Assembly (NCBI GenBank): GCA_020536535.1
Contig: JAHLWZ010000240.1
Location: forward strand, 1-57,888
Source of the DNA: Pelomyxa schiedti
Taxonomy: Eukaryota; Protista; Evosea
DNA: 57,888 nt
Reading direction: 5' to 3'
Below, one piece after another: positions 37,706 to 49,317 of the stretch (position 1 is its first letter; each line of letters begins with the position of its first letter). Position numbers and translations under genes: made by a program. A model generated the notes under the pieces. It was not told where the DNA came from. It did no database searches and worked only from the letters and a program-made list of their open reading frames with translations.

Positions 37706-40700
37706 TTATGTAAGTCCAACTAATACAGAGTTGAGCAAATGCGTGTTGGCCAGAGCCTCGCGGATTGTATCAGGGGACACACAGAGGGAGAATGTCCATG
37801 CAGACTGACGTGATTGAGGCTGGTCCAGCCATGATATAAGGCTCTGGCTGGATAGGTTCTGACACAGATGAAAGCTTTCCATAAAAGTCTGTGCTGGAAG
37901 GTGCCATGTATCCATCAAAGTGTGATATTGTGTGTATACCTTTTGTGATTGTGTTGGTTTTGGGAATTATCATATGTGTTTCGCTACAAAATTTAATGTG
38001 AAATTGGTAGGTGTGTTACCTCTTTTAGACCTAGTACGGGAACCGGTTTGCACAGCTGGATGTAGGCGGCTGAGCATAGAATGGCTTGTTCATGGAAGGG
38101 CAGTCTGGAAATTCCGGTGTCTATGTGGGGTAAAGGTAGATGTAATTTGATTTGCGGGGGATGGTGAGTTCAAACCTAGTACGTAATTTACCACAGGCCT
38201 CATTTGCCCAAAGGTAATTGGTTTATTATCGAAAACTTGCTGTCTGTATTGCTGAACAGCTGATCTGGAGTGTGAAAGTGAAGTCAAGTGTACTCACCCT
38301 GTAGAGCTCCATACCGGCAAATTGTTAGTGCCTTTCTTACATCACTTCCGAACTTTACTACTTCCTTACAACAAAACTCTAGTGCCTTTTCCTGTTGAAA
38401 CTTAGAATAGACTAAGTCAGGATGAGTACATTGAAGACAGGCTGGTCCTGCAATCGGTAAAGAATAATTTGGTATAACTGCTTTGCTGAGTACGGCTTGA
38501 ATGCCACAGATACAATTTGTTCTGGAAATTAGGTGAGCCCTCATATGTAGGCATTAAACAACCATTGGGGCGGAGTGCTGAAAAAGCACGTGATTCAGAG
38601 AAATCCAGACGATTTCCACAAACTTGCTTGATGAATAAATTATAAACACCACATAAAGAGATACCCATCAGAATCAGTCTATTGGAAGGTTCTAAAGCAA
38701 TTTTGAAGAGTACGTTAATCACAGGAATGCCTCCTGGAAGTTTAGCAAGGTTATCCACTTCATCCACAACAAAAGCCCTGTAAAGATTGGTCACTACTAC
38801 TTTTTGATATGGAGTTGTACACTGGGTTGCGGGGTGGTCTCCAGTTTGTTGCTGTGCCTTTTTCAATCGTTTTTGTTGGTTTTTTGGCAGAACCTAAATA
38901 CAGTTTGCTTTGCAGCTTTTGTGTGAGGTGGATACTTGGATGAAAGTCGTCGTTATCTGCCGAATATTTTCTCCTGGATTTGAATTGGTTTTTACCGAGA
39001 TTTTTCACGAGCAGATGAAGATGTGTGTAGACTTCAGCTGAGTTATAGAGATTGCAAGAGTTAATCCAGTGATACGGCAGTTTCGTGCCCTGTGACTAAC
39101 GACACATTAAAAAAATAAGTGTTAAGAGATAAAGCACCTTCAAAATAGTAGGAATTCGCTTTATCAAAGTGTGGGACTTTCCTAAACCGACACTCCCCGT
39201 CACTGATAAACAGCCTCCGACATTTTCTTTCAAGCACACATCAATAAACCTCAGGATCTAACTCGCCTGAGCACGTTAACACAAGAGAGTACTTACTTGC
39301 TGAGTTTCCAACGGCCTTTCCGCCATGAAATCAAGATCTTGTAGGTTTGGAGAGAGGGCATGCGATATATCGTCAATGATCAGGTTTTTGTCGTTCAGGT
39401 CTATGGGGTTCATTTCTGTAATGTTTAAGGAATATGGAGATAGATGGACTGCTGACCTATCATATCAAATATTTGCTCGGGTAGGTTCTTGAGGTCCTCC
39501 TTTAGTATTCTCTATAGATGTTTTAATATTTGGCTACACCTACTAAACCGTACAGAGAAAAGATTTCTCATGTATTGCACTTGAGGTTTTAATACAGGTT
39601 TCAGGTCACAACGTTCGTGGAAAATCACGTCTTCCTCAATAGAAGCCTCAAGTTGAGGGCATCTCTCCTTAAAGATGACTTGTTTATCTTCTGTTGCATA
39701 CTGCATATGTTCTATTCCGCATTTGAGAGTCTTGAGGTTCTTGTCAGTGAATCGAAAGTACTCACAGTATGTACGTTGGTGTGTATGTAATGAAAGGCAA
39801 CTTTGACGAATTCATCGTGTGGACCATAGCTTAATTTCATATTAGATTTGTATAGACGTAGCAGTATGAGAAGTAGTACAATACATTAGCCAGGCAGCCA
39901 TACACTTAAGTACATAATAATCCCATCCTAATAAAAAAAAAGGGGGGGAAGAAAAGGTTAGGAAAGATGGTGTTAATTTTTGAGAGCAGGGTCACCTTGG
40001 GAAATGTCTATCATAAAGCAGTTACGCTCAGAAAAATTGGAGAATTGCCACCCCTGGTCCCGCCATCTACACGCAACAACTGTTAAAAAGGAGCAATAGA
40101 AACGGTGAGTGAGGAATTAGTGTAGAAAGGGTTTTAAAGTAAGCTCAACAAAGACAGTTCAGAAGGGAAGGCTACGGGACCTACTTTATTGGAGTAATCG
40201 GCCGCGTCAGACGTAACAGTGATCGAGCCACAGTGTCGACCTGGTACCAATATGCAACACACATCCACCACCGCGTGTCCCCTGTGCCCCCTGATTGCCC
40301 CTGCAACCCCGACGATGGTTCCGCCGCTGTTGTTGTGGTTGTTGATGATGATGCTGTTGTTGATGATGACTGTGCATGCGGCGGCGACGGTGTTGTTGTT
40401 GTTGATGTTGTTGTTGAGTATGCAGGGGGTGATGATGGCACCAGTGGCGGTGATGGTGGTGGTGGTGGTGATTGGGCATTTGGCAGGCGCGACGCCGAGT
40501 CGGGCGACGGCGGGGCTTGCGTATGTGACTGTGGTTGTGGCACGTGGGGCTGGGGCTGGGGGCAGGCCGACGGCGAGAGGGTGGCGAGCACGGGGCGGGA
40601 CGGCGGCGGCGGCGGGGAGGGCAGCGGCGACGAGGAGAGCATAGGGGTGGTGGGCGACCGCGGCGAGGAGGAGCAAGTGGCGGCGCGACACGCTGCTGCA

Positions 40701-41008
40701 AGGCCCAGGCCCGTAGGGGACGGGGACACGACTGGGGAGCGGCGGGCAGGGGCGGGGACGCGCGAGAGGGGCGGAGAGGCGCGCGACGCGGACGCGGACT
40801 GGGGGGCGGTGGGGGTCGCCGGAGAAGCGGCGGCGGGCGACGCAGAGGGGGAGGGCGCCGGCGTTGGCTGGGGCGTCGGAGGCGGGCAGCCCTCGTCCTC
40901 CTCCATTGTGACCAGGGTGCTGCCGTCACCGAGCCAGTACACGCCGCCCTCGTCCTCGTCCTCTTCGTCGCCCAGGCCCACAGACACAGCACCCACACCC
41001 CGGTTCAT
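37706..41008 (-). CDS. Cdc6/Orc1-family AAA+ initiator with winged helix and long N-terminal extension
   Basis: ERPLETQQILRFI...GGCLSVTGSVGLGKS (Walker A); AFVVDEVDNL (Walker B); FKPYSAKQLYQII; GSDVRKALTICR (sensor 2); LPFHEQAILCS (winged helix). Confidence 0.85.
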
Positions 41009-41095
41009 TTGTTGCGACTGCAATCAATTCGAACTCTCACTCCTTGATTGATTTCGACTTTTTTTTCGCTGCACAGCGTAGTCGTGTAGGGGAGC

Positions 41096-41925
41096 ATGAA
41101 CACTAGCGTGAGGGAGTTGGCCGAGAAGATACCGTTGCTCACGGTGAATGCTGGGCCGTCTGATGCGGAGAGGTGGGTGGCACGGCTCAGGGAGGAATAC
41201 ACAGCCCTGATAAAGGCGCGCACTCGCCTACCTCGGAGCACCCCACCCCCTTTTTTTTCCCCCACTTTTTCACCATTTTGCCAGTAAACTCTCTAACTTT
41301 TTTTTATAGTATGTTGAGTTGATGAAGTCTACAAATTCTGAGTGGTTTACGGTGGAGGCTGACAGGACAGGGACAAGGTACACACACGCAAGCTAATCAA
41401 CTCTCCTTAATGTGAGTAACTATTATTATTGTAGATGGCACGGCAAGTGCTGGTATGTACACAATTTCACTCGCTACGAATTCGATTTGGAATTTGAGGT
41501 GTTTATGTCACTTATATTTATTTGTTGTAAACTAATATAAGCCCAATAGATTCCAGTTGCGTATCCAACTATATCCCCAGAACTCGTTTTAGCCGAACTT
41601 GAGGGACTGACTCCCAAGATGTACCGGTATGACAGTTCCTTTGGCCCGCGATTACATTTGTTGCGACTCAACATCGCACAGAGGCGGAAAGATTTGCTTA
41701 AGCATACACTTCAAGCCCCTGTGGGCCAAGAACTCCCCTCACTTTGGAATAGTTCATGCACTTGTTCTCGGTGTAAGTGTTCTTTTTTTGAACTGTGACT
41801 CCCTTCACTTCACCAATATCTCGATACTAATTGAATGATTGAATGCAATGTAGTTGGCGCCGTGGCTTGCAGCTGAGATACCACACCTCATAGAATCTGG
41901 CCTCATCAAACCCAAGACCCCCTAA
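41096..41925 (+). CDS. UFC1: UFM1-conjugating enzyme
   Basis: [10 protein letters not shown]...[13 protein letters not shown]...WHGKCWY...[14 protein letters not shown]...[27 protein letters not shown]. Confidence 0.97.
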
Positions 41926-42053
41926 TTCAATCACTGCACAAGAGTAAATCTGATGATCAATTTTTGTTACACTAATATCCACCAACACTAAAACCGAAAT
42001 CTTGCGTTGATACGCCATCAACGAACAAACACCCAACAAACAACACCACGACG

Positions 42054-43678
42054 ATGACAAGCAAAGTGGGCAAATGGCTGGCGAGCGTTTTTGTTGGGGT
42101 GCTGGTAATTGTGGTTATGGGAGGTGGGTTTGCTGTTGATGCTGCTTCATCGTCGTCATCAGCAGTTACTGAGACTGGTTCATCCTCATCAGTTACTGGA
42201 CCAGTTGGGCCACCTGCTCCATATATAGTCAGCTGGCCAAAGGAAGTCAGTGATGGCGTTTGTGCCGTGGTATGTTGCAACTCTGTTAATTAAAAATTTG
42301 GAGATGCATATATTTATATGTATATCAACAAAAAAAACACAATATATTACATGAAAATGTTGGAAACGATATATTATTACATGAAAATGTTGGAAACGAC
42401 AATGGGCTAACAAATGAACTAAGCTAGTAGCGATTTCACTGGTTCCTTCCTGCATTTTGATTGCCTTGCATCTTGTGTGTTACGTGCAGGTACTTTGTTC
42501 CCCATTATTACCTCTGCTCTAATAAGTACTTCTGAACTTTCTAGCCGCTGGTGCAACGGTTTATAGTCCGTCTAATTTTGATTGTACCCGTTTTTGGAGT
42601 GTTTGGATATTTCTCTTTTCTATTTGTCAAGGCGGGGCTTTGGCTGGCAATTTTTAAGGATTTATATGAAGCTTATTCTCTATACGTTTTGTACGTTTTC
42701 TACCAATGCACTAGCTAAGTATAACTATTTTTTTTCTTAGCTATTGTTTACTTGTATCATGGTGCGGGGATGTTAAATGCCTAACCTCCTGTCTGGCCAA
42801 TAAAATCCCACCGAAGACCAAAGTTCTCCCCTGCATCAAAATTACTACACCACCGATGCGCAATCTGGTCATGGCTGTGAGAATAACTATATTACAGTTC
42901 CTAGTGATGTGACGCCCCTCTGAACAAATAAAGTTTGCTAATTTTCCGTAGAAAGCCCCTTCTCACATTCATTGCTGCAGTGCTTGAATCCCAAGAGAAA
43001 TTGGGCAAAGTACAACTGGCTTTCCGAATTATTGACATATTGTCTTTCGTGGCAGCTATGATGGCTTTACTTCTATTTTATCGGGCAATTAGTCCTTGTC
43101 TGGAGGGATTGAATGCCATGGGAGTGCGTAACTCTGGCATTGAGTTCTTGCTATCAACTGCCTTCTTAGATTTTCCTTTGGCTGAAAGGATTCCTTCTAT
43201 TGGTTGTAGTTCAAGAATTCATAGTAAACCTCCTCGTGCAGGTTCACAATTCTTCCGTATTCAACGCAAAAACTCAACCACGTTGCAGTTCCGGTTTATT
43301 CACCCCTGGGATGGCCTGGATCCCCCAAACAGAGGGGAACGGCTCAACGACTTCCTGATATTCCTTGAGTTGATTTTATTCAGCTTCGCTGCCTTCTTTG
43401 TATTCACTCCGCTACCATTCTTCAACCGGAAGAAGCTCGGCGAATATGATGACAAACTAGTCAAGGGCAAGACCACAGGCCAGCTGGTACTCTTTGGGCT
43501 CTGGGATGCACTGGTCAAACTATGGGATACCAAAGGCAAGGGATGCTGGCATGGTACTAATATGGCAACGGTGTCATTCCAAGCCGGAACAGGTTCCGGA
43601 ACTACAAATCCCTATTCACCCCCAACATTCATTCCTGTTGCTGCACCTGACATGGTTGGGAGTGTACAGAGGTCCTGA
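42054..43678 (+). CDS. TMEM184/OST-alpha family transporter
   Basis: LIALHL...PLVQRFIVRLILIVPVF...KDLYEAYSLYVF; KPLLTFIAAVL; LNDFLIFLELILFSF. Confidence 0.85.
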
Positions 43679-43897
43679 GGCAAACACCTACTACAAACAA
43701 CAAACGTTGCCTCGTTACAACGAGAACTTTTTTGACTAGTGAAAAAAAGAAATGAATGTAATTTCCGTTTTGTTAAAAAATGGAATCTAGAACAATTCCA
43801 GTGAAGTGGCTATGTTGTAGCAGCAAGTGGTTTGAGGTGATATTCTTGGGTGTTGTTCGCGGTTGTTGCGAGTGGGGCAGTTGTTATTCATGTGGAC

Positions 43898-45223
43898 TTA
43901 TTCACTGGGTGTAGTTTTTGCTGCGGCAGTATTGACCGTTGCGGTTGAACTTGTGAGTGGTGCTGATTTTGTTATTTCGTCTTGGAAAAAGTCATTGGCC
44001 ACTAAGAATTGAAAGCATTGGAAGATAGCCTTTTTCTCCCATTTCTCTGGGTTCCGCAAAACCTGGGAGATGTTAAAACGGGGAGTACAGATTATCCTAC
44101 CTTGAGAGTTTTCCCCAAGATTACAGAGGGAACAGGTCGAGTGATGACTGGTTTCTAATATGTTTAATTATAAGCTTATCGTAGCACATGCATATGCATA
44201 CTTGTTCCTCCTCGTTAAGATACAGATCTACAGTATTCTCCTCCCCTGCTTCCTCTGGTGTCGCTGGTTTGTCCTGTGGAGGAGCTGCTTGCGTAACTTG
44301 ATCAGGCTCCGTTTTTATGGGCTCACTCTGATGTTCTTGCTTCACTAGTTCCGGTTCGATTTTTACGGTTGCCTCTGTGTTAGTGGCGTCGGCCTGTGTC
44401 TGTTCTGGATTTTCTTTGGAGGTATTTTCGCGGTCAACGGGTGCTGTCCCTTGAGGTGGCGCAGGAACAGGGTCCTCCGCAGGTTTTTCCGCCGTTTCTG
44501 CGTTCTTTTGCTCCGCCTGTGGTTCTTCATTAGCATCGTCGGCTTCATCGAATGCTTGATAGTCAGTGTTGTAATATTCGTTGCGGGAGTAATAACCCCC
44601 GCTGCCTCCTCTCCAGTTTCCCCTGTATCCCCCCCTTCTCTGATATCCTCTGTAACCCCCTCCCCATCTCCCGCCCCATCCTCCTCTCCCTCTCTCCCCG
44701 TCCCTCCCATAACCGTAGTTATCCCTTCCGTAACCGTCCCTGTCATAACTATCTCTCTCATAGCTTCGCCATTGTCCCCCTCGTCCTCTCTTTGCGAATG
44801 GTTCACCAGGGTTATCCTGGAATATCTCGTAAATAATCTTGAGAGAGGAGCAATTTCAAAAGAACCTTTCTGGCGGCCATCTTCTCTTTAGTTGGATAGC
44901 TCTCTCTTCTATCTTTTCTCCACTTGTTGATACCTTCTGGAGTATCTAGCTATTTAAAAAAAAAAGGAAACGTTTAGGAAAAAAAGAAGCCACTGGTTTA
45001 ACCACCCACAATTGTCGGTAGCATTGGCATCTTATAATGGGAATAAGGGTGACACTCGGAAATATGAAGTGACATCTCCTGCATCGATCCAGAAAACCCA
45101 CAATACTATAATTTATGTAAACGCGATTCCTTGCGTAAAGAACACCAAAAGAAGGCGAACCTCTGGGCAATGCATTGTGGGAGATCCCGACCCCGTCGCG
45201 CTTTTGTCGTTCTCGTCCCACAT
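43898..45223 (-). CDS. NUFIP1: NUFIP1/Rsa1-like box C/D snoRNP assembly factor (start uncertain)
   Basis: Zn finger CPEYCGFSG...HISECH; PEP motif DTPEGINKWRKDRRESYPT; C-terminal EKKAIFQCFQFLVANDFF. Confidence 0.8.
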
Positions 45224-45618
45224 GCGATCGCCTTCTGTTATTAATTAATGTTTGTATCTGTTATCTGGGACCAATCCCATAACCAGGACTGCCACTTCCA
45301 CGAGTTCAGCCCACGAGACCGAGAGGGAGGACGGCCTGCACCTATCTTTCTCCTACCTCCATGAAACTCATAGTGGCGGTGTAACTTAAGTAGGTGAATA
45401 GCAAGGTGGCTTATCGTAGGGCTGGGTTTTCAGGTTACCCAGTTCTAAATGGTGGTCCCCAAATCGCATGTTTTTTTTTGGTTTCCTGAGTGGAAACTAC
45501 CTGCCTGTCCCAGCAGGTGCTGAGACTTGTCTGATTGAGAATGACGGGAACCGAAAAGTCCAAACAAACCAAACGTTGCGGTACGTGTCGGGTGTGGGGG
45601 AGCAACACGTAACCCATA

Positions 45619-46985
45619 ATGCGGAACGTGCCGGTGCTTTTGTTGAGTGGGTTGTTAGTCACTGCATTCCCGATAATATGCAGCCTGATCGTGATGTTTG
45701 TGAAATGGGGTGATGGTTGTGACAAGACTTTCAGGTTGTTTTTTTGGTTGTTTGTTTTTTTGGTTGTTTTGTTTTGTTTTGTTTTGTTTGTTTGTAATAT
45801 GCTGATTTTGTTCCCTTGTTGACTACAGTTAATGCGATAGGTGGTTTTTGGCAGTTGGATGTGGTATTGCTGGGGGTGACTTGGCTGTTTCACTTCTTGT
45901 TGCATTACGTTACAGAGGACAGTTTTACAAGCTCAGGGTGAAACCAATCACGTAAGTGTGATTTCTTCTCAACACTATTGCAAATATTTGTTCTTACTAG
46001 AGAAATGCCAGTGCGAAGAGCTGTCCTTTACTTTCGCTTTTAGGTGTTGTAAAAAGCTAGTTAAACGAATATTTTCCATTTGTGTTGGAGTCTGGCTGTT
46101 AGCCTCTACTATTTATACAATAGTGGTATTTGCTGTAGTATGTTATGGAGACAAAACTGATGTTTGTGACGGCGTATGCATTACAACTCCTCCTTCAAAA
46201 ATAACCGGCACACAGACAGGTGAGAAACCAAATATATTACGAATGCTGAGGGCTGACTGCGTTTTTAAATTTTTATATGACACCATGTATGGTCCACGCA
46301 ATGTGTAGGGATTATCATAACTTCAACTCCCAGGTTCTTTGTGAGTATGTTTGTACAAGGTTGCTGCTTTTCCGTTGAGCCAAAGCTCACTAATAATCCT
46401 GACATTGAGATGGACTTGGCTCCTACAACCAAACCCGGCCCCAAGCGCAATGAGCTCAACTTTGGCAATTTATACGACGGCAATGAACCCGATGAAGAAT
46501 CTGGAGCAGCGGCGGCACCCAAAGGGAAAGCCAAAGGCAAACAAACTGGAACACCGTCATCCAACGATGTGGACTTCAGCAAACCAGCAGGGTGGCGGGC
46601 ACAGGCTGAAGCAGCCAGGGATGCACAAGCTGCCCCTCCTTCAGCAAAATCCACAACCAAAACAGCACCCGGCGAGGTAGACTTTGGAAGGCCACCGGAT
46701 TTAAGAACATCAGAGCCAAGTGGTGATGACAATAGCACAGCAACAACAACTACAACAACCAAACAGGACAAAAGTTCCCAGAAAGGAGGAAAGGATAAAT
46801 CCCAGCCGGAAAAATCCAAACCTGCAACAAACAACAAAAGCAAACCAGAAAAAGCACCCCCACCACCGGCAAAATCCAAACAAACAAAACCAACCACAAC
46901 AACCACAACTACCACAACAGCACCACCAGCAGCTGAAATTGACTTCTCTTCAGTGACACGCACAGAGTATGAAGGTGGACTTTAA
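45619..46985 (+). CDS. Multi-pass Cys-containing membrane protein with Lys/Pro/Thr-rich cytosolic tail
   Basis: Hydrophobic exons (VLLLSGLLVTAFPIICSLIVMF; IFSICVGVWLLASTIYTIVVFAVV) then ORF 46341-46985 with repeated (E/D)xDF motifs; exon boundaries uncertain. Confidence 0.5.
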
Positions 46986-47149
46986 ACCTCAAGTCATCTT
47001 CCTGAACGTTATATCTCTATTCCAAGCACGCACTAAATACAGCTTCGATTGTTAAATAGAAGTGTTTTGTTATTCCCTCTGAAAAAAAGAAAGGACTTCT
47101 GTTCTTCCGTGCTTTTGCACACTGGAGATAAAATTTAATCATACATATT

Positions 47150-49004
47150 TTATGGTTTGGTAACGGTAATACTGGACTCAGCACCTGTTATCACAACATC
47201 TGCAAGAAGTTAGTAAACAGAAATGTGGCTCGTTTATTGGCTACATTTCCACACAAATGCATCATGTATGACAACAATATCATTAACGCTGATAGGCACT
47301 TGCGAATGAACCCGCCAAAGTTCCACCCGAACTGCTGTGTTGCGGTTTGCTATGTCTGCAAGTTGAATTGTTCTGTTCAGTAAATATCAGAATGTAATCT
47401 GAGAATGGTGTAATAGCACACTTCACTTGGGCCGGGCCCCATTTAGTGTTTCTGGTGCAAGTTGCCACAATACTGAGCACAACTCCGCGCACATCTATGC
47501 TTTTGTTTAGAGGGGGAATTGCGTGGGGGATCAAGGAATACTCACTCAATCTGGTGTTTTGGCAAGAAAAGATGTTAGCAATTGGAGTGAAGTTACACTG
47601 AGTATCACTATGTGCAGGTGGAAGCTGCGCAATGGGAGTCACATCTTTCACTATACTTGTTGGAAGCAGATTTAGCTCCAGTTTCTGCGGCTCCTTATAC
47701 CGAGGCTTGACTGCACAATTTGAGATACAGTATTGCTAGCGGAACTGAGTAAAACAAAAAGCATATGAAGATATACATGATTCTCTTGCATAAGGTTATC
47801 GAAAAGGGCCATAGTCTGTGGCCACCCAACTATTAATATCTGCCCACCCTAGGGTAAAGTTATAAGCAGCTGGGAGGGTAAGAAAAAAAAAGTGCACACT
47901 TGCTCGTCTTCCAAATCTGCCGTGAAGTATTTTCCTGAGGAACATTGTCTGGGCCACTTACGTTTTACGCAGACCTTTATAGTCCACTTTGCCAAGGTTG
48001 GTGACAAGCTGGCAACCGGGGTTATCTCCGAACTGTGAGCGATATCAGAGTCCCCGCTGTTAGTTATTAGTATCTGTAAGTTCATCCACATAGTAGCAAG
48101 GACTGAAAATACCTAAAAGCCAGGGCTGAACCCCAGTGTTAATGGGTAGGAAAACAAAAACAAAAACAAAAACAAAAACAAAAACAAAAACAAAAACAAA
48201 AACAAAAACAAAAACAAAAACAAAAACAAAAACAAAAACAAAAACAAAAACAAAAACAAAAACCCACAAACCTCTGTTTGGTTCCAGCATCGGGTTTTTC
48301 CACACTCCATCACTGCTCTCAGTCCCCGGGCCGCTCGATGACGCCGATGACTGAGGATTCGCTGCAGCCGAAACGCCCTGCAAGTGTCCCTGTGTATTAT
48401 TCTGGACGAGTACAGGTGAGGATGGCGGCGACGGCGATTGCGATTGTGGGTGCGGGGAGGATGATGGTGATGCGGCAGCGGTGTTGGGCCGCGGTGGCGA
48501 TAATGGGATTGATGTGGTGGCAGTGGTTGTAGTATGATGAGTACAAGTGGCTGCTGCTGCGGTTGTGGTATTTGTAGTTATGGGTGGGAACATGAGGGTG
48601 GGCACAGGGGGTACCACAATGGGTGGCAGGTCGAATGAGAAGTTGATGGCCGCGCTTGTGGCCTGGCAACAATCCACAGCCGATCCACCGGTTGATGTGG
48701 GTGACGTGGGCTGCTGGGGAGGCTGCGGCGGCGGTGGTGGTGGGGATGCGGGTGGGGACGGGGACTGGGCCGGGGAGGGCGTGGTCCCTCCATTATGGGA
48801 TGGGCTGCTTGGAGGCGAACGGGGCTTGGGGATTACGATGGGCTCCCATTCTGCGAAGCAGCAGCCGCTCGGTGTAGTGTTGTTATCGTCGACGACCCCC
48901 TTGGTGATTTCCGTAGGCTGCGGGTGAGCGATAATTGTGGGTGAGTTGGTGGTTGTTTGGTTGCGTAGTTGGGTAGCTGTTGCTGTTGGGGTGTGGCTCG
49001 TCAT
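47150..49004 (-). CDS. RPA70-like OB-fold protein (DBD-A + DBD-B only) with Pro/Ser/Thr-rich N-terminus
   Basis: ITPVASLSPTLAKWTIKVCVKRK...GKYFTADLEDE; YCISNCAVKP; NFTPIANI...IDVRGVV...RTIQLAD...VRVELW. Confidence 0.75.
48150..48263. repeat. (AAAAAC)n hexanucleotide microsatellite, about 18 units, intronic
   Basis: Perfect repeat directly after a minus-strand GT donor. Confidence 0.95.
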
Positions 49005-49317
49005 ACGGTTGATTTACACTAACAATGGGAATCTCTTTCATTTTTTTTCTTGTCCTTTTCGGCTTGGGTTAGTTGGGCGAAAGTCCTGTGAAGTCTCTCC
49101 AAGTTGTACTGAACTGTTTTGAACTCAACAGATCCCATAAGGGAGTCTTTCAAGTTGGGTGCCGGGTGGTGGTGCTTCTTAGAGGCGGGCCCATTGAGCT
49201 GTTGAGTGATGAATGAATTAACTCAGCTCACTTTGATGTGAAATGAAACTAAACGTTAATCGAACCGTCTGACACCAACAGGTTTTTTTTGGCTTCGTGT
49301 CAGGCTTTGCAACAACC

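Noticed and set aside
39540-40270. Cyclin-box fusion to the Cdc6-like protein
   Set aside because: Only a vague helix pattern, without the conserved cyclin R/D/K/E residues; left as an unassigned domain
48150-48263. Telomeric repeat or poly-KT/poly-VF protein
   Set aside because: Internal, lacks G-runs and lies in an intron bounded by GT-AG
49123-49207. Possible ncRNA hairpin (actcaacag...ctgttgagt) in a divergent intergenic region
   Set aside because: Only a 9-bp stem with no box motifs; could be chance
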